From the NCBI GenBank assembly GCA_964187785.1, contig OZ076409.1:1674001-1738000 (forward strand): a stretch of DNA of 64,000 nucleotides, in the 5' to 3' direction. Below the pieces are notes generated by a model. It was not told the DNA's origin. It saw only the letters and a list, made by a program, of their open reading frames with translations, and did not search any database. Origin of the DNA: Amphiscolops sp. MND2022 (lineage: Eukaryota). The position numbers and the translations under genes were made by a program. This document shows positions 26,387-37,633 of the stretch, one piece after another; within the stretch, counting starts at the first letter, position 1; every line of letters begins with the position of its first letter.

Positions 26387-26823
26387 AGACATGTTGCGTT
26401 CAGGGGTGTTTATTATTTATTTATTCATTTATTCAAATATTAATTATTCAATTATTTATTTGAATAAATATTCGACCTCACAACAAATTACTCCCATTTT
26501 TTACCTCGAAAATTGTTGATGCCAAAGTTAGATTATTTTTCACAAAATAAAAAAAATTATTGGCTCAGAGACGCAAAATGTTTTGTTCACCATGAGAAAA
26601 ATATGCGCTTCAAGATTGATAGGCAGCAAATGCTTCCGGTAGTCAGAGAATACATATTTCCAGCGACCAAAGAGACTTTCGGCTGCATTTGAAGTGACAG
26701 CAATGTACTGGTAAATCATTCCAGTGCCGCTTTCACTATAGTTGCTCAATCGAAAATAATTTTGAAAATGCGGGAGCCAGAAAACAACTTTATGAGAAAA
26801 GAGTGGCAGAACAAAAACTTCAT

Positions 26824-26869
26824 AAATTCGACGTTTCGTCAACTTCTGTTGACATTATCAAGAAAATCT
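26824..26869 (-). ncRNA. Minimal type I hammerhead ribozyme in the Penelope 3' pLTR
   Basis: UUGAUAA-U-GUCAAC(AGAA)GUUGAC-GAAAC-GUC; U3:A8 covariant core; PLE pLTRs are known to carry such motifs. Confidence 0.7.
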
Positions 26870-26938
26870 GAAAAATAGCAAACATTAAACAAATTTCATC
26901 AGTGCATCATCAAAAAAGCAGAAACAAAGAACATCAAT

Positions 26939-28320
26939 TTAAAATACACGCAGAGGAATAGAGTCCGTCTGAGTGTTAAGATCACATTTTTGGTGTTTTA
27001 TGTGATATGCCTCGGTGAAGAGCAGAGACCTCCAACTGGACGACTTCTTGAGGATGCTGAAACACTCAAGATGAGTCTCAAAAGTTGGTCTTACATCGTG
27101 AAACATCAGATGATCAAAAATCACTGACGATGAGCCATCTTTACGCTCGGCAAGGTGTTCTCGGACTCTCTGGAACAAATGACGCCTTGTGACACCTACG
27201 TAGCGGGATTCACAACCCGTCTGCGGACACTTGAACATGTAGGTGACACCGCCGCTGTTTACGACTTTCGGCTTGGCTTCAGGAAGCCTAACCAGAGACC
27301 CAACACTCGTCGATGTAAAAACCAGACCAGGACATTCAGTGTTGACACGCCTGCAAAGGGCTGAAAAGGACGAAATAAGGCGCTTCTTCGCACTTTCACC
27401 TTTGTAGGGCAACACCAACGGGACCAACTTGGATTTCTCTTTCTGAGTTGACGATTCCGGACCCAGACGACGCGTCAGAAAGTGACGAACCTGGCTTCCA
27501 AGGACACATTCATCATAACCCAGTTGTGTCAGGCACTTCACTGATCTCTCGATCTCTTCGTGGAAACCTGTCCAGGACGATGACAAGGCGAACGCTCGGT
27601 GACAAAGCATCGGCATGAGGTTCCGCTTGTATTTCTCGTCACAAAACGACTGGGAATGTAAAAATACGCCTTTGTCGCAACTTTTGTGGTAAACGGACGT
27701 TGAAAAACCCGTTTTTGACATGACAACAGTGACACCAATGAACGGAATAGAACTATCGACAGAAAACTCGCACGTAAACTGAATGGCTGGATGAAATCTG
27801 TTCAAACGTTCCAGAAACAGTTGAACGTGGGTTGGGTCTGAGAATAGTAGAAATGTGTCATCCACATATCTGACATAGAACACAGGGAAGAAATTATGGT
27901 TCTCGGCGAACACGCTGATTTCCAGGAAACCAAGATAAAAATTCGCAAAGAGCGGTCCGAGAGGAGAACCCATTGAAACCCCGTCTATTTGCTCATACAA
28001 AACTCCGTCAAAAGTGAAGAGCATGTTAACAGTGGCCTTTTCCAACAGCAGCTGCAAGTCGCGTCTCTGGAGACGAATACCCTGGTCTTCGAGGAAACTA
28101 GACTCTCCAGAGGTGTCAAAAACAGCATCCAAAATGACTTGAATCGTCTCGCCGACTGGAACGTTCGTGAAAAGTGAGACCACGTCAAACGAAACCATAG
28201 TTTCTGCACTTGGGACGTCATCCAGCATATCCACGAAATCAAAAGCACTGTCAACTGTGTGTTTCGCAGGGATGAGTGGTTGTAAGATCGAATTCAACCA
28301 CTTCGCCAGCTTGAAATTGT
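26939..28320 (-). CDS. Penelope reverse transcriptase plus GIY-YIG endonuclease (N-terminus missing, frame intact)
   Basis: SFDVVSLFTNVP, GVSMGSPLGP, RYVDD; TYMFKC...C..RYVGVT.R.L..R..EH...H...H...E...LN. Confidence 0.93.
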
Positions 28321-28421
28321 GTATTCCTCTATTCCTCTGCGTGTATTTTAAATTGATGTTCTTTGTTTCTGCTTTTTTTGATGATGCACTGATGAAATTT
28401 GTTTAATGTTTGCTATTTTTC

Positions 28422-28467
28422 AGATTTCCTTGATAATGTCAACAGAAGTTGACGAAACGTCGAATTT
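28422..28467 (+). ncRNA. Hammerhead ribozyme copy in the inverted pLTR
   Basis: Same core; predicted cleavage after C28461. Confidence 0.68.
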
Positions 28468-28601
28468 ATGAAGTTTTTGTTCTGCCACTCTTTTCTCGAA
28501 AATAATTTGTTCTAGATTTGGAATCAAAAATAAATTTTATTTATTTAAATTATTTTTAATTAAATTATTTATTGTACAACCCTGGGTGCGTTTGTTGCTA
28601 G

Positions 28602-28674
28602 ATTCGCCCAGGTTCCAGTGACGTTCGAAGAAGTGCAGGTTGGGCACGAGATCACGACAGAGGACCTCAATCTG
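28602..28674 (+). pseudogene. Duplicated 5' 73 bp of the IDH3G exon with its splice acceptor
   Basis: Same sequence as 30019-30091, then runs into antisense Penelope RT sequence. Confidence 0.88.
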
Positions 28675-30091
28675 TTTACGACTTTCGGCTTGGCTTCAGG
28701 AAGCCTAACCAGAGACCCAACACTCGTCGATGTAAAAACCAGACCAGGACATTCAGTGTTGACACGCCTGCAAAGGGCTGAAAAGGACGAAATAAGGCGC
28801 TTCTTCGCACTTTCACCTTTGTAGGGCAACACCAACGGGAACAACTTGGATTTCTCTTTCTGAGTTGACGATTCCGGACCCAGACGACGCGTCAGAAAGT
28901 GACGAACCTGGCTTCCAAGGACACATTCATCATAACCCAGTTGTGTCAGGCACTTCACTGATCTCTCGATCTCTTCGTGGAAACCTGTCCAGGACGATGA
29001 CAAGGCGAACGCTCGGTGACAAAGCATCGGCATGAGGTTCCGCTTGTATTTTTCGTCACAAAACGACTGGGAATGTAAAAATACGCCTTTGTCGCAACTT
29101 TTGTGGTAAACGGACGTTGAAAAACCCGTTTTTGACATGACAACAGTGACACCAATGAACGGAATAGAACTATCGACAGAAAACTCGCACGTAAACTGAA
29201 TGGCTGGATGAAATCTGTTCAAACGTTCCAGAAACAGTTGAACGTGGGTTGGGTCTGAGAATAGTAGAAATGTGTCATCCACATATCTGACATAGAACAC
29301 AGGGAAGAAATTATGGTTCTCGGCGAACACGCTGTTTTCCAGGAAATCAAGATAAAAATTCGCAAAGAGCGGTCCGAGAGGAGAACCCATTGAAACCCCG
29401 TCTATTTGCTCATACAAAACTCCGTCAAAAGTGAAGAGCATGTTAACAGTGGCCTTTTCCAACAGCAGCTGCAAGTCGCGTCTCTGGAGACGAATACCCT
29501 GGTCTTCGAGGAAACTAGACTCTCCAGAGGTGTCAAAAACAGCATCCAAAATGACTTGAATCGTCTCGCCGACTGGAACGTTCGTGAAAAGTGAGACCAC
29601 GTCAAACGAAACCATAGTTTCTGCACTTGGGACGTCATCCAGCATATCCACGAAATCAAAAGCACTGTCAACTGTGTGTTTCGCAGGGATGAGTGGTTGT
29701 AAGATCGAATTCAACCACTTCGCCAGCTTGAAATTGTGTATTCCTCTATTCCTCTGCGTGTATTTTAAATTGATGTTCTTTGTTTCTGCTTTTTTTGATG
29801 ATGCACTGATGAAATTTGTTTAATGTTTGCTATTTTTCAGATTTTCTTGATAATGTCAACAGAAGTTGACGAAACGTCGAATTTATGAAGTTTTTGTTCT
29901 GCCACTCTTTTCTCGAAAATAATTTGTTCTAGATTTGGAATCAAAAATAAATTTTATTTATTTAAATTATTTTTAATTAAATTATTTATTGTACAACCCT
30001 GGGTGCGTTTGTTGCTAGATTCGCCCAGGTTCCAGTGACGTTCGAAGAAGTGCAGGTTGGGCACGAGATCACGACAGAGGACCTCAATCTG
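28675..30091. repeat. 1417-bp tandem duplicate of 27258-28674 (partial Penelope RT, pLTR, hAT end, exon start)
   Basis: Constant offset of 1417 bp, CTG microhomology at the junctions, only a few substitutions. Confidence 0.93.
29839..29884 (+). ncRNA. Hammerhead ribozyme copy in the duplicated pLTR
   Basis: Same core; predicted cleavage after C29878. Confidence 0.68.
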
Positions 30092-30252
30092 GCCATAGAC
30101 TCGATCAAAAGGAACCGGGTCGGCTTCAAGGGTAATCTGGAGACTCACAAATACGAAGAGGGCTACTTCTCAAAGAACCACTACATCCGAGAGAGGCTTG
30201 ACCTCTTTGCCAGTGTCACCCGGTGCCATTCAATTCCCGGGGTCAAAACTAG
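30019..30252 (+). CDS. IDH3G: IDH3 gamma-like exon (FAQVPVTFEEV...RNRVGFKGNLET...LDLFASVTRCHSIPGVKTR)
   Basis: Resembles the VPVDFEEV...RRNRVALKGNIET...LDLYANV..CKSLPGV.TR segment of IDH3G; acceptor gctag, donor GTACAC, phase 2/2, matching the previous exon (AA|A = Lys). Confidence 0.92.
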
Positions 30253-30293
30253 GTACACACTTATTTGGGTTTTTCCTGTTCCCCCCTGCTTTT

Positions 30294-30518
30294 AGTCGGC
30301 GCTTTTCCAAGAAAAGTGCCCAATTCTTACAGTGGGTAGTTTTTTTTCAGTCAGTTCACTCTGAATTGTCCACTTTTTTGTTCATTTGTTCAAACATTTT
30401 CAAAGTTCGGATATAACGTTTTCAAAGTTCGGATATAACGTTTTCTTGACACTTTGAAGTCATTTTGCTATTTTTGAGCGTTAGATATGGCGCCGACTTG
30501 AGCCGTTCCCGGCTTGTT
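30294..30518 (+). mobile_element. Short HINE family A copy
   Basis: Same termini; contains a 22-bp internal tandem duplication. Confidence 0.75.
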
Positions 30519-32064
30519 TTTTTTCAAATTAGTGAAAATATTGGAACAAAAATATTTTAAACCTAATCAGAAGCCTTCATTTTTTTCATATTGACGGTTT
30601 AGAATTCAGATGCAAACTTTGTTCACAATCTTTTTCCTTGTGAAATTCAATGAGAAATTCAACAGCTTCCGGTTTTGAGTCACAAAAAAGTTAATTCGAA
30701 CACAATTACAACCAAAATATGTGAAAAATGTTTTGTTCAAACAAAAACTATCCTAATTGACGTTAACTTCGTGTTATGGAAAAAGACTTTACTTTTAATT
30801 GACCCAGTCTGAAGTTTTTTGAAACTTTTCTTGAAAACAAAATTGATGGTGGGGAAATAGAAAAGAGCCCTTATATGTATCTTCTCTTCCTCAAATCAGG
30901 GAAAATAATCAAAAGGCCCGCTGATCTACGGGATGTTTGCTGCCTTGAATCAATTTAGCGACAACATTTTTCTAGGGCACGAACTTAGTACTTAATTGCA
31001 GAAAAAATCAAAAATTGATAAAATTTCATTTACTCTCATTTAAGCACTTTTCAAAAAAGTTTATGTATGTTATGAAACCACTAAGTTTTGGTCGTTGGAT
31101 TCTTTGAAAGAAACTGACTTTTTGAGAGAAAATGCTAGAATTTGGGGGGGGGGAGTGCGACATACTTTGGAGGAGTGCGAAAGGAGTTTCCTTTCCTCTT
31201 TAGAAATATTGGCAGAAAGCAACAAGCATTATTTCTCAGCGTTGTTTTTTATTGAATTGTAAATACGGATATTTCTCAACGCTACGATGTATTGGCCTTT
31301 TCTTTGAAAGCAAATGCTTGCTTTCTCGGTCATGCGTTGTCGGAAAAGTTGATCTACCCCAAATGGACGATGGTACGATTTTGTACCAATTAGTTTCTGC
31401 AAACTTCTGAAGGCACTAGCTGAATGTATGGGAAAGGAATCACAAGATTTTTAGACGATATTACATTACATGCATTTTCACGAATTATTGACGTGATGTC
31501 TCTGAAATCAAGAAAGCGGGACCAAAAGAAACGCGAAAAAAAATAGTGAAGATTTGTCGTTTTTCCAGTTTCCGTTTCTGGCCCTTTTATTCCACTGGTA
31601 TCAAGATTGGGTCAAAGTGACCCTAGCATGTTTTGAAACATACCGAATTGCAATCAGAGACACGAGGCGTGCAATTTTTCTTCTATGGTACACTCTATGA
31701 TACATCTGTGACACATTCTTCAAGGTATTTTCATTTTTACCTACTTATTTAAAGTAAATTCTTGCTTTTGAATGAAATCTCAGGACTATTTTTCAAGTAC
31801 AATAATTTTTCCTACAGTACATGTCCAAAAAACTAACTATTTTTTATTAAAAACACTACAATACAAGACATACAAGACAGTATAGCACATAACTACATAT
31901 GATACACTCTAGCACCTAATTTTGTTGTACATCTTTGACTCGATATTGTCATTCTTCTTACACTTCCTTTGTTTTAGAAACATCCATTCTTCTTCCTCCT
32001 CCTTCCATTCTCTTTCAGAACATCTCTACTTCTCCTTTTTCGTCTTCCACAAAACTCTCTCGTC

Positions 32065-32517
32065 ATGGCCCCCAACGCTGAAATACAAGATATAATTACA
32101 ATGACTTCCAGCCATTCAAAAGTTCATAGCCTAAAAGCAGCTATTTTCCACACAATGGCCTACAAACATTCCCTGGAAATAAACAACAATAAAATAACGC
32201 CAAAATCTCTTATCGCCTTTCTGAAAGTCTTATATAATGTCACCCAAATCAAAAAGAAGCACATTACATTTGAACAATATTCAAGGCTTCATGTTGCCGG
32301 ACCAAAAATTGCCATTTGTGAAACGGCTTCTAATGTCGTTTTTGTGTTAAACTCGGCGTTCACGTCTAAAGACCAATACTTTCAAGCTGCCCTCCACGAA
32401 GCCACCAACGCATTCAATGAGATGCTTCATAGTTTTGGATATACCCAAAAACTCGAACACTATGATCCTCACCAACATCAGGCACACCCACCTCAACAAC
32501 ATCCTCTATACAACTAA
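32065..32517 (+). CDS. Orphan 150-aa ORF, possibly an accessory ORF of a decayed element
   Basis: ATG-initiated, uninterrupted and intronless; no motif recognised. Confidence 0.3.
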   Translation: MAPNAEIQDIITMTSSHSKVHSLKAAIFHTMAYKHSLEINNNKITPKSLIAFLKVLYNVTQIKKKHITFEQYSRLHVAGPKIAICETASNVVFVLNSAFTSKDQYFQAALHEATNAFNEMLHSFGYTQKLEHYDPHQHQAHPPQQHPLYN

Positions 32518-32726
32518 ACCAATATTCTACTTACTTCATCACTCTTCAACTCCATCTTTTCTTGAATCCGTCATTCTTCCTCAATGATGTTTGAGATGTA
32601 GCTGTCGCTCACTCCTTCAAAGAACTCCTGCACATGCTGAAACTCTTCACTCCTCCCACACACGATGGTCAACAACATCCATCTCTATTTTGGGTTCATC
32701 GACGTTGCCAAACTTTGTCCTCGTCA

Positions 32727-32845
32727 CTGGTCTTCACACCTCACGATGACTTCTTGACTGGTCTTCATACTTCAAATGCTGACTTCTTGACTGGTCTTCA
32801 CACCTCAACTGCTGACTTCTTGGCTGGTCTTCATACTCCAATGGC
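32727..32845. repeat. 33-bp minisatellite (ctggtcttcacacctcaactgctgacttcttga)
   Basis: About 3.5 units visible. Confidence 0.8.
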
Positions 32846-34309
32846 CGATACAAATTTCAAACTGAACTGTATAATCACTTTTAACCAATATAACCTGTAG
32901 CTTATTTTAATCAAATTATAACTTTAATACAGTCTAGTGCTATATACTCTTATCTAATCTTTAGTGCTATATAATCTTATTTAATCTTAATCTTCTCCAA
33001 TCGTAGTATAATAACCCCCCATTAAAAATAATCCTTCCTAAATTCTACCTATAATTATCCTTGTAACCACAATAATATCTAGTTCCATTGTATTGTGTAT
33101 CGTACAATAACTTAATCTTATCTCATTATGTTGATACTTCTATACTACACTTTAAAAATATATCTCTAATACCCATCTTTTACAGAACACAAGTCCTACT
33201 TACAGTACAAGAAATTCTCTAAGATTTTTGGACAAAATTTTTCTTTAACAAAACATGTTATACAACTTTGTTTTAATCCCCAAAAGCATTCCCAAAAATT
33301 TTCAAATTTTTCTTTAGAACTCTTCAAAAATGTCACTTCTCGTTTTCCAATGTTTGAAACTTGAAATAGCCAAAGTTTTTTTCAACTCTTGCTTCTGCTC
33401 TACTCTTCACTTTTGTTGAAAATGAACTCTCACTAGAACCTTGACTTTTCGAAACTTCTTCACTTTTGGTTCACATACCCGCCAATGTTGGTTCACAACT
33501 CATTGACAACTTCACGCTTTAATTCTTCAACTTGAAAAGTTTTCAATGCTGACTAACTCATGTTGATGAAAGAATTTTTTCAAACAAGCCGATGGCTGAT
33601 ACGAAAAAGAAACATAAAATGATAAATAGTTGTCAACAATAACTTCAAAGAACTTGTCAGTCAAAGAAACTGAAAGAACTTGAACCTTGCTTGAACCTTT
33701 TTGCACCAATTGAATCGTCTATGAAGTAAGTAGTCAAATCGTCTTAGGTTGTTCTCACTCCTTAAGTATGGTACTCTACAAAACAAAACTCATGCAACTC
33801 TAGTACAACACAAATGAAACAAACCCATGCATATAACAAAAACTTCTAGAACTCCTCAAACCCAAATTGCATATATGTAATTTAATTTTTAAATTCCCGG
33901 TTGATTGTGATGCCATGATGCATGTCCTCAAAGAGTCTATAAATTTGAAATACTCTGAACTCTTAACCAAACCAATTAGTAAATGTAATCTAATTTAGAA
34001 ACTAAGAAACTTCATTTAATAGATCCTGTATCAAACTCCCCTGCTTCATCCTGTTGCTGTCACATTGTTAATTGATGTAACCTACCTTAGTTAATAGAAT
34101 ATATCTACTCGGAGAAATTGAGAATTCATCCTAGCAATCAGTCTTCCTCCCATACTTCAAGAACTGAGATCTCAGAAATAGATTGCACTCAGAACTAGCT
34201 AGCTACAAGATAAAAGATAAGACGACTCCGCTGTTAAAATCTTAGACTTCTTATGTCAGTTCTAACTCTTCTAAAAGAAACCATCACACAACTTTTTAAC
34301 AGCTCAACA

Positions 34310-36277
34310 TTGGTCTTACAAGCACCGCGATCCAAATTAAGGATAACGTCATCGAAATACAACAAAAAGTAACAAAACAAAGGTAGCTCTATTCAACAGC
34401 ATCAAAGAATTTAAGGCAAGTATCGTTCTGCAAAGTTTTCGGCCTGCGTTTGTGATCTTCAACGGTGCTTAAGTGAACTTCATGCCTGCTTGGCTACAGT
34501 ACCAGATTCTTACACAGGAGACTTGCAACTGGATCGATCAATGGCTTCATCTGCTGTTTTAGTTTCACTTCGGTTTTCGATCGAAGTTCTTCGGCGCAGC
34601 GGAGAAACTGGTGTCTCAGGGTTAGATCCAATAATCAAAACCTCTTGAACAGGACTCACTATGGCAGTGTCAGGCCTTAACGTTGGCGAGTTATCTTCTG
34701 TCTGTTTCAGTAAGGATTTCATCAGGGTCTCCATGCGAGGCATCATTGAAGACGTAGCCAGGATGGAGTTTGGCTGGGCTGTCGGGCACGTTCGACACAG
34801 CTTGCCGCTGCTATCACGACTCTTTTTGAAATGCATCATGGTTGTTTCCAGAGCTTGCAAGCTCTTAACCATTATTTTCTTCGGGCAGTTTCCTTGATCA
34901 AACAATGCTCCTTGCAATCAGCGCGTAGTTTTGACCCTAGAATGGCGTTTATGATGTTGTTTAAGGTGCGTGGTAAGTCTCCGGACGGTGCGTTCCAGGT
35001 TGTTTCATTTTTTCTTCGGTATCCCTCGTATGCACTATATACGCTCTCGTACCTGGGCGGCTGCTTTGATCCATTGGTGCACTCGAGCCAAGTCCAGATA
35101 GTGTAAGCACTCCTTCGCAGGCTATATCGGCGGGTCACAGCCATACTAAAGGTGAATGGTAAAATGTTTTGAAACCAAACGTCTTGGGTAAACGGCCACT
35201 TGGCTTGATGCATTTGGTTCCTTGGTTTGATTTTTTTGAAGCGAAACGTTATAGGTAAATGGTCACATAGCTCAACACCATTTGGTCGGAAACGCATGAC
35301 ACTTCGCCGAAGTTATTGTTATAACGTGGCCAGTTATAATCACATACCCCTAGTGGCTTAAATGCAGGAGCGAAACGAAGCATTGCGACGTGTGATTTGG
35401 CCTTGCCTCAATGTTGCCACTTTGTGAAGACAGCGGTGCAACGGAGCCACTGAACAGGTTTATGCTTTACATTTAATAACGTTTTTCCATTCTCGAACAT
35501 TCCGTTAAAAATTTCAATTCTGTTTTGGTCTTTATTAGGATGTTTTTTGCCAATGCTTGAGTTGGAATGCACTTGGTTGAATTAGTTGTCATTTGACGTG
35601 AAAATATTAATACAAACGACTCAAGGAAACAATTTAGACAATTGACTCTAAGCTTAGTGAATTGTATACAAGGATTGCAATACCAATATCAATACTACAA
35701 TACCAATACTTAAAGGGTCACAACCAATATCAATACAGTTTTTTTTCAATACCAATTCTCAAGGTCTCATTACCAATCCTTTCTATTTGAATTTCATATT
35801 TGGTGAAAACCCATAGCTCCAAAAACCCATACCTCCGAATGTGGCGCTACATAAAGTCCTTCAGAAGTTGAATTGATGTTTGGTCATATATAAGTCTGTC
35901 AAAAAATAAGTTTCATAACTCTAATTTGTCGTTTTGCCCACTAACGGTTAGCAAAAGTCTCAAAAATTGACAAATTATTGGCCTGTTTTTGGTCAAAACC
36001 AATACCCACCATGGAAGTGGCCCAATACTCAATACCGATACCCTTTTGGTCAATACCAATACCCTTTTTCTGAAGTATTGAAATTCCCGCTTGTAATCAT
36101 ACCCAATGGGCTCTTTCCTGAATATGCTGGGATTTTGTATGAAGACATATTCAGCAGAGGCATGGGGGCTAGCACTCAGGTTAGTTCTAATTATCTTTCG
36201 TTGGCTTTCAGGTGGATTCGACGGTCCGAGGGAACCGATAAGGGACAAGGGATACCCTCAACGTCCAGAGGGGCTGC
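34310..36277 (+). repeat. ~2-kb composite segment, inverted copy of 56439-58393
   Basis: Collinear reverse-complement similarity with substitutions and indels; contains a degenerate ORF with a DHLPI (APE-like) motif and caatac-repeat blocks. Confidence 0.9.
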
Positions 36278-37633
36278 AGTAGTATGCGAATTCCTGATTC
36301 TGGCCGAATAAACTATTATAATTAGTCATTTTTCTAGGCAAATTATCTAAAAGTAGCGTTTTTTCACTGCTTAAAAAATTAACAAAATAAAACTCGATGA
36401 GCAAAATTTTTAAATAAACATTTGTCATGAAGCAAAAGTTCACTAACCTCTGTGGCGTAATGTGTAATGCATCTATTTGTGTAATGCAAAAATGAAAATC
36501 TACCGAATGCGTATAAGTGGAAACACAAGTGTTGGACTGCTATTTCTCAGAAACAGTGTTGAACTCGAAAATACAGCAGCTGTGGCTTCGCATACAGCTT
36601 CGCTGGCTTCGCATATCTTAACACGCAAGCGCCTTCGGTGTTATTTCCAAGATAGCTAATTATATAGAACTAAAACTAACATTGATTCGTCTCTAGTGGC
36701 TTAGTGGTTGTAACATAAGTCTAAAGTTGAAGCTTTTGCGGAGTCTTTGGGGTTCGCTTCCAACCAACGTCTATTTAATTTCACCATTAGTAGAGGGGGT
36801 ATATAAGGAAGTTATTATATTATATTCACATACAAGTTACTATTGTTTAAAAGGATTTGTCATACTTTCCCCCGCTTTTGAGCAGTATTGGCAATAGTAA
36901 CGTGAGCTTTACCGGGACACACTTTCGGGAAGGGAAATGATTGTGTGTTACATAAACTGGAGCTCTATAGTGAATTAACCAGTGGGAGGTAAAATCCTGT
37001 GTAGTTAATTTGCGAGCGGCGGACGTCTGTAGCACATGGAAAATAGTGTCGGTCGATGGAAGCCGCGTTTTGTTCTATACCTAATCTTAATACATGGTAA
37101 AACGTAATTTGCTCAACATCTCAACGGGAAATCATTTTAAAGAAAAACGGCAGGAATAAAAGTTGAAGATAACAAAGTTACACACATTTTATCGCACATT
37201 TTATCGAACGTTTTTTCTAAAATCAACCCACTAATTACCAGGGGCCAAAACAAGTGTGAAAATATGGTTTTTCTCAAAATTCTCGAGACTGACCCATCCC
37301 AGCGCAATGACACAGGAGATCGAAATTGTTCAAATTAACAAGATACACGTTTTTCAAAAAGAAAGTTTTCTGTATCTTGGACCCACTGGTTACCAGGTGA
37401 GAAAACAGGTGTAAAAATGGGTTTTTCTCATTTTTCTCGAGATTGGTTGGTCCTACCGTGAAAAGTCAGAAGACGAAATTGGAGACATCCAAAATATGAA
37501 CAACGTGTATATCAGACAATTTTTCAACCCTTGAACCCACAGGTAAAAAAAATAAAGATATTTTTTCATTCATTTCTTGAAAAATTATTTTTAAAAATTT
37601 TTAATTAAACTATTTTTTCTTTAATAAAAAGAA

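Larger units (their letters stand above)
26763..28497 (-). mobile_element. Penelope-like retroelement, 5'-truncated, with inverted pseudo-LTRs
   Basis: RT plus GIY-YIG ORF; 26794-26963 is inverted at 28327-28497; candidate 11-bp TSD GAAAATAATTT (26752-26762, 28498-28508). Confidence 0.9.
26401..28584 (-). mobile_element. Internally deleted hAT element hosting the Penelope insertion
   Basis: CAGGG...CCCTG ends; TSD GTTGCGTT / GGTGCGTT (7 of 8); dimerization-domain-like peptide TSNAAESLF..RKHLLPINLEAHIFLMVN at ~26580-26710. Confidence 0.75.

Noticed and set aside
28389..28395. Canonical CTGATGA as the hammerhead core
   Set aside because: No stem II plus GAAA follows it; the downstream TTGATAA motif fits the fold.
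28569..29714. Second independent Penelope gene (381 aa)
   Set aside because: It is part of the tandem duplication, lacks GIY-YIG, and its tail is antisense IDH exon sequence.
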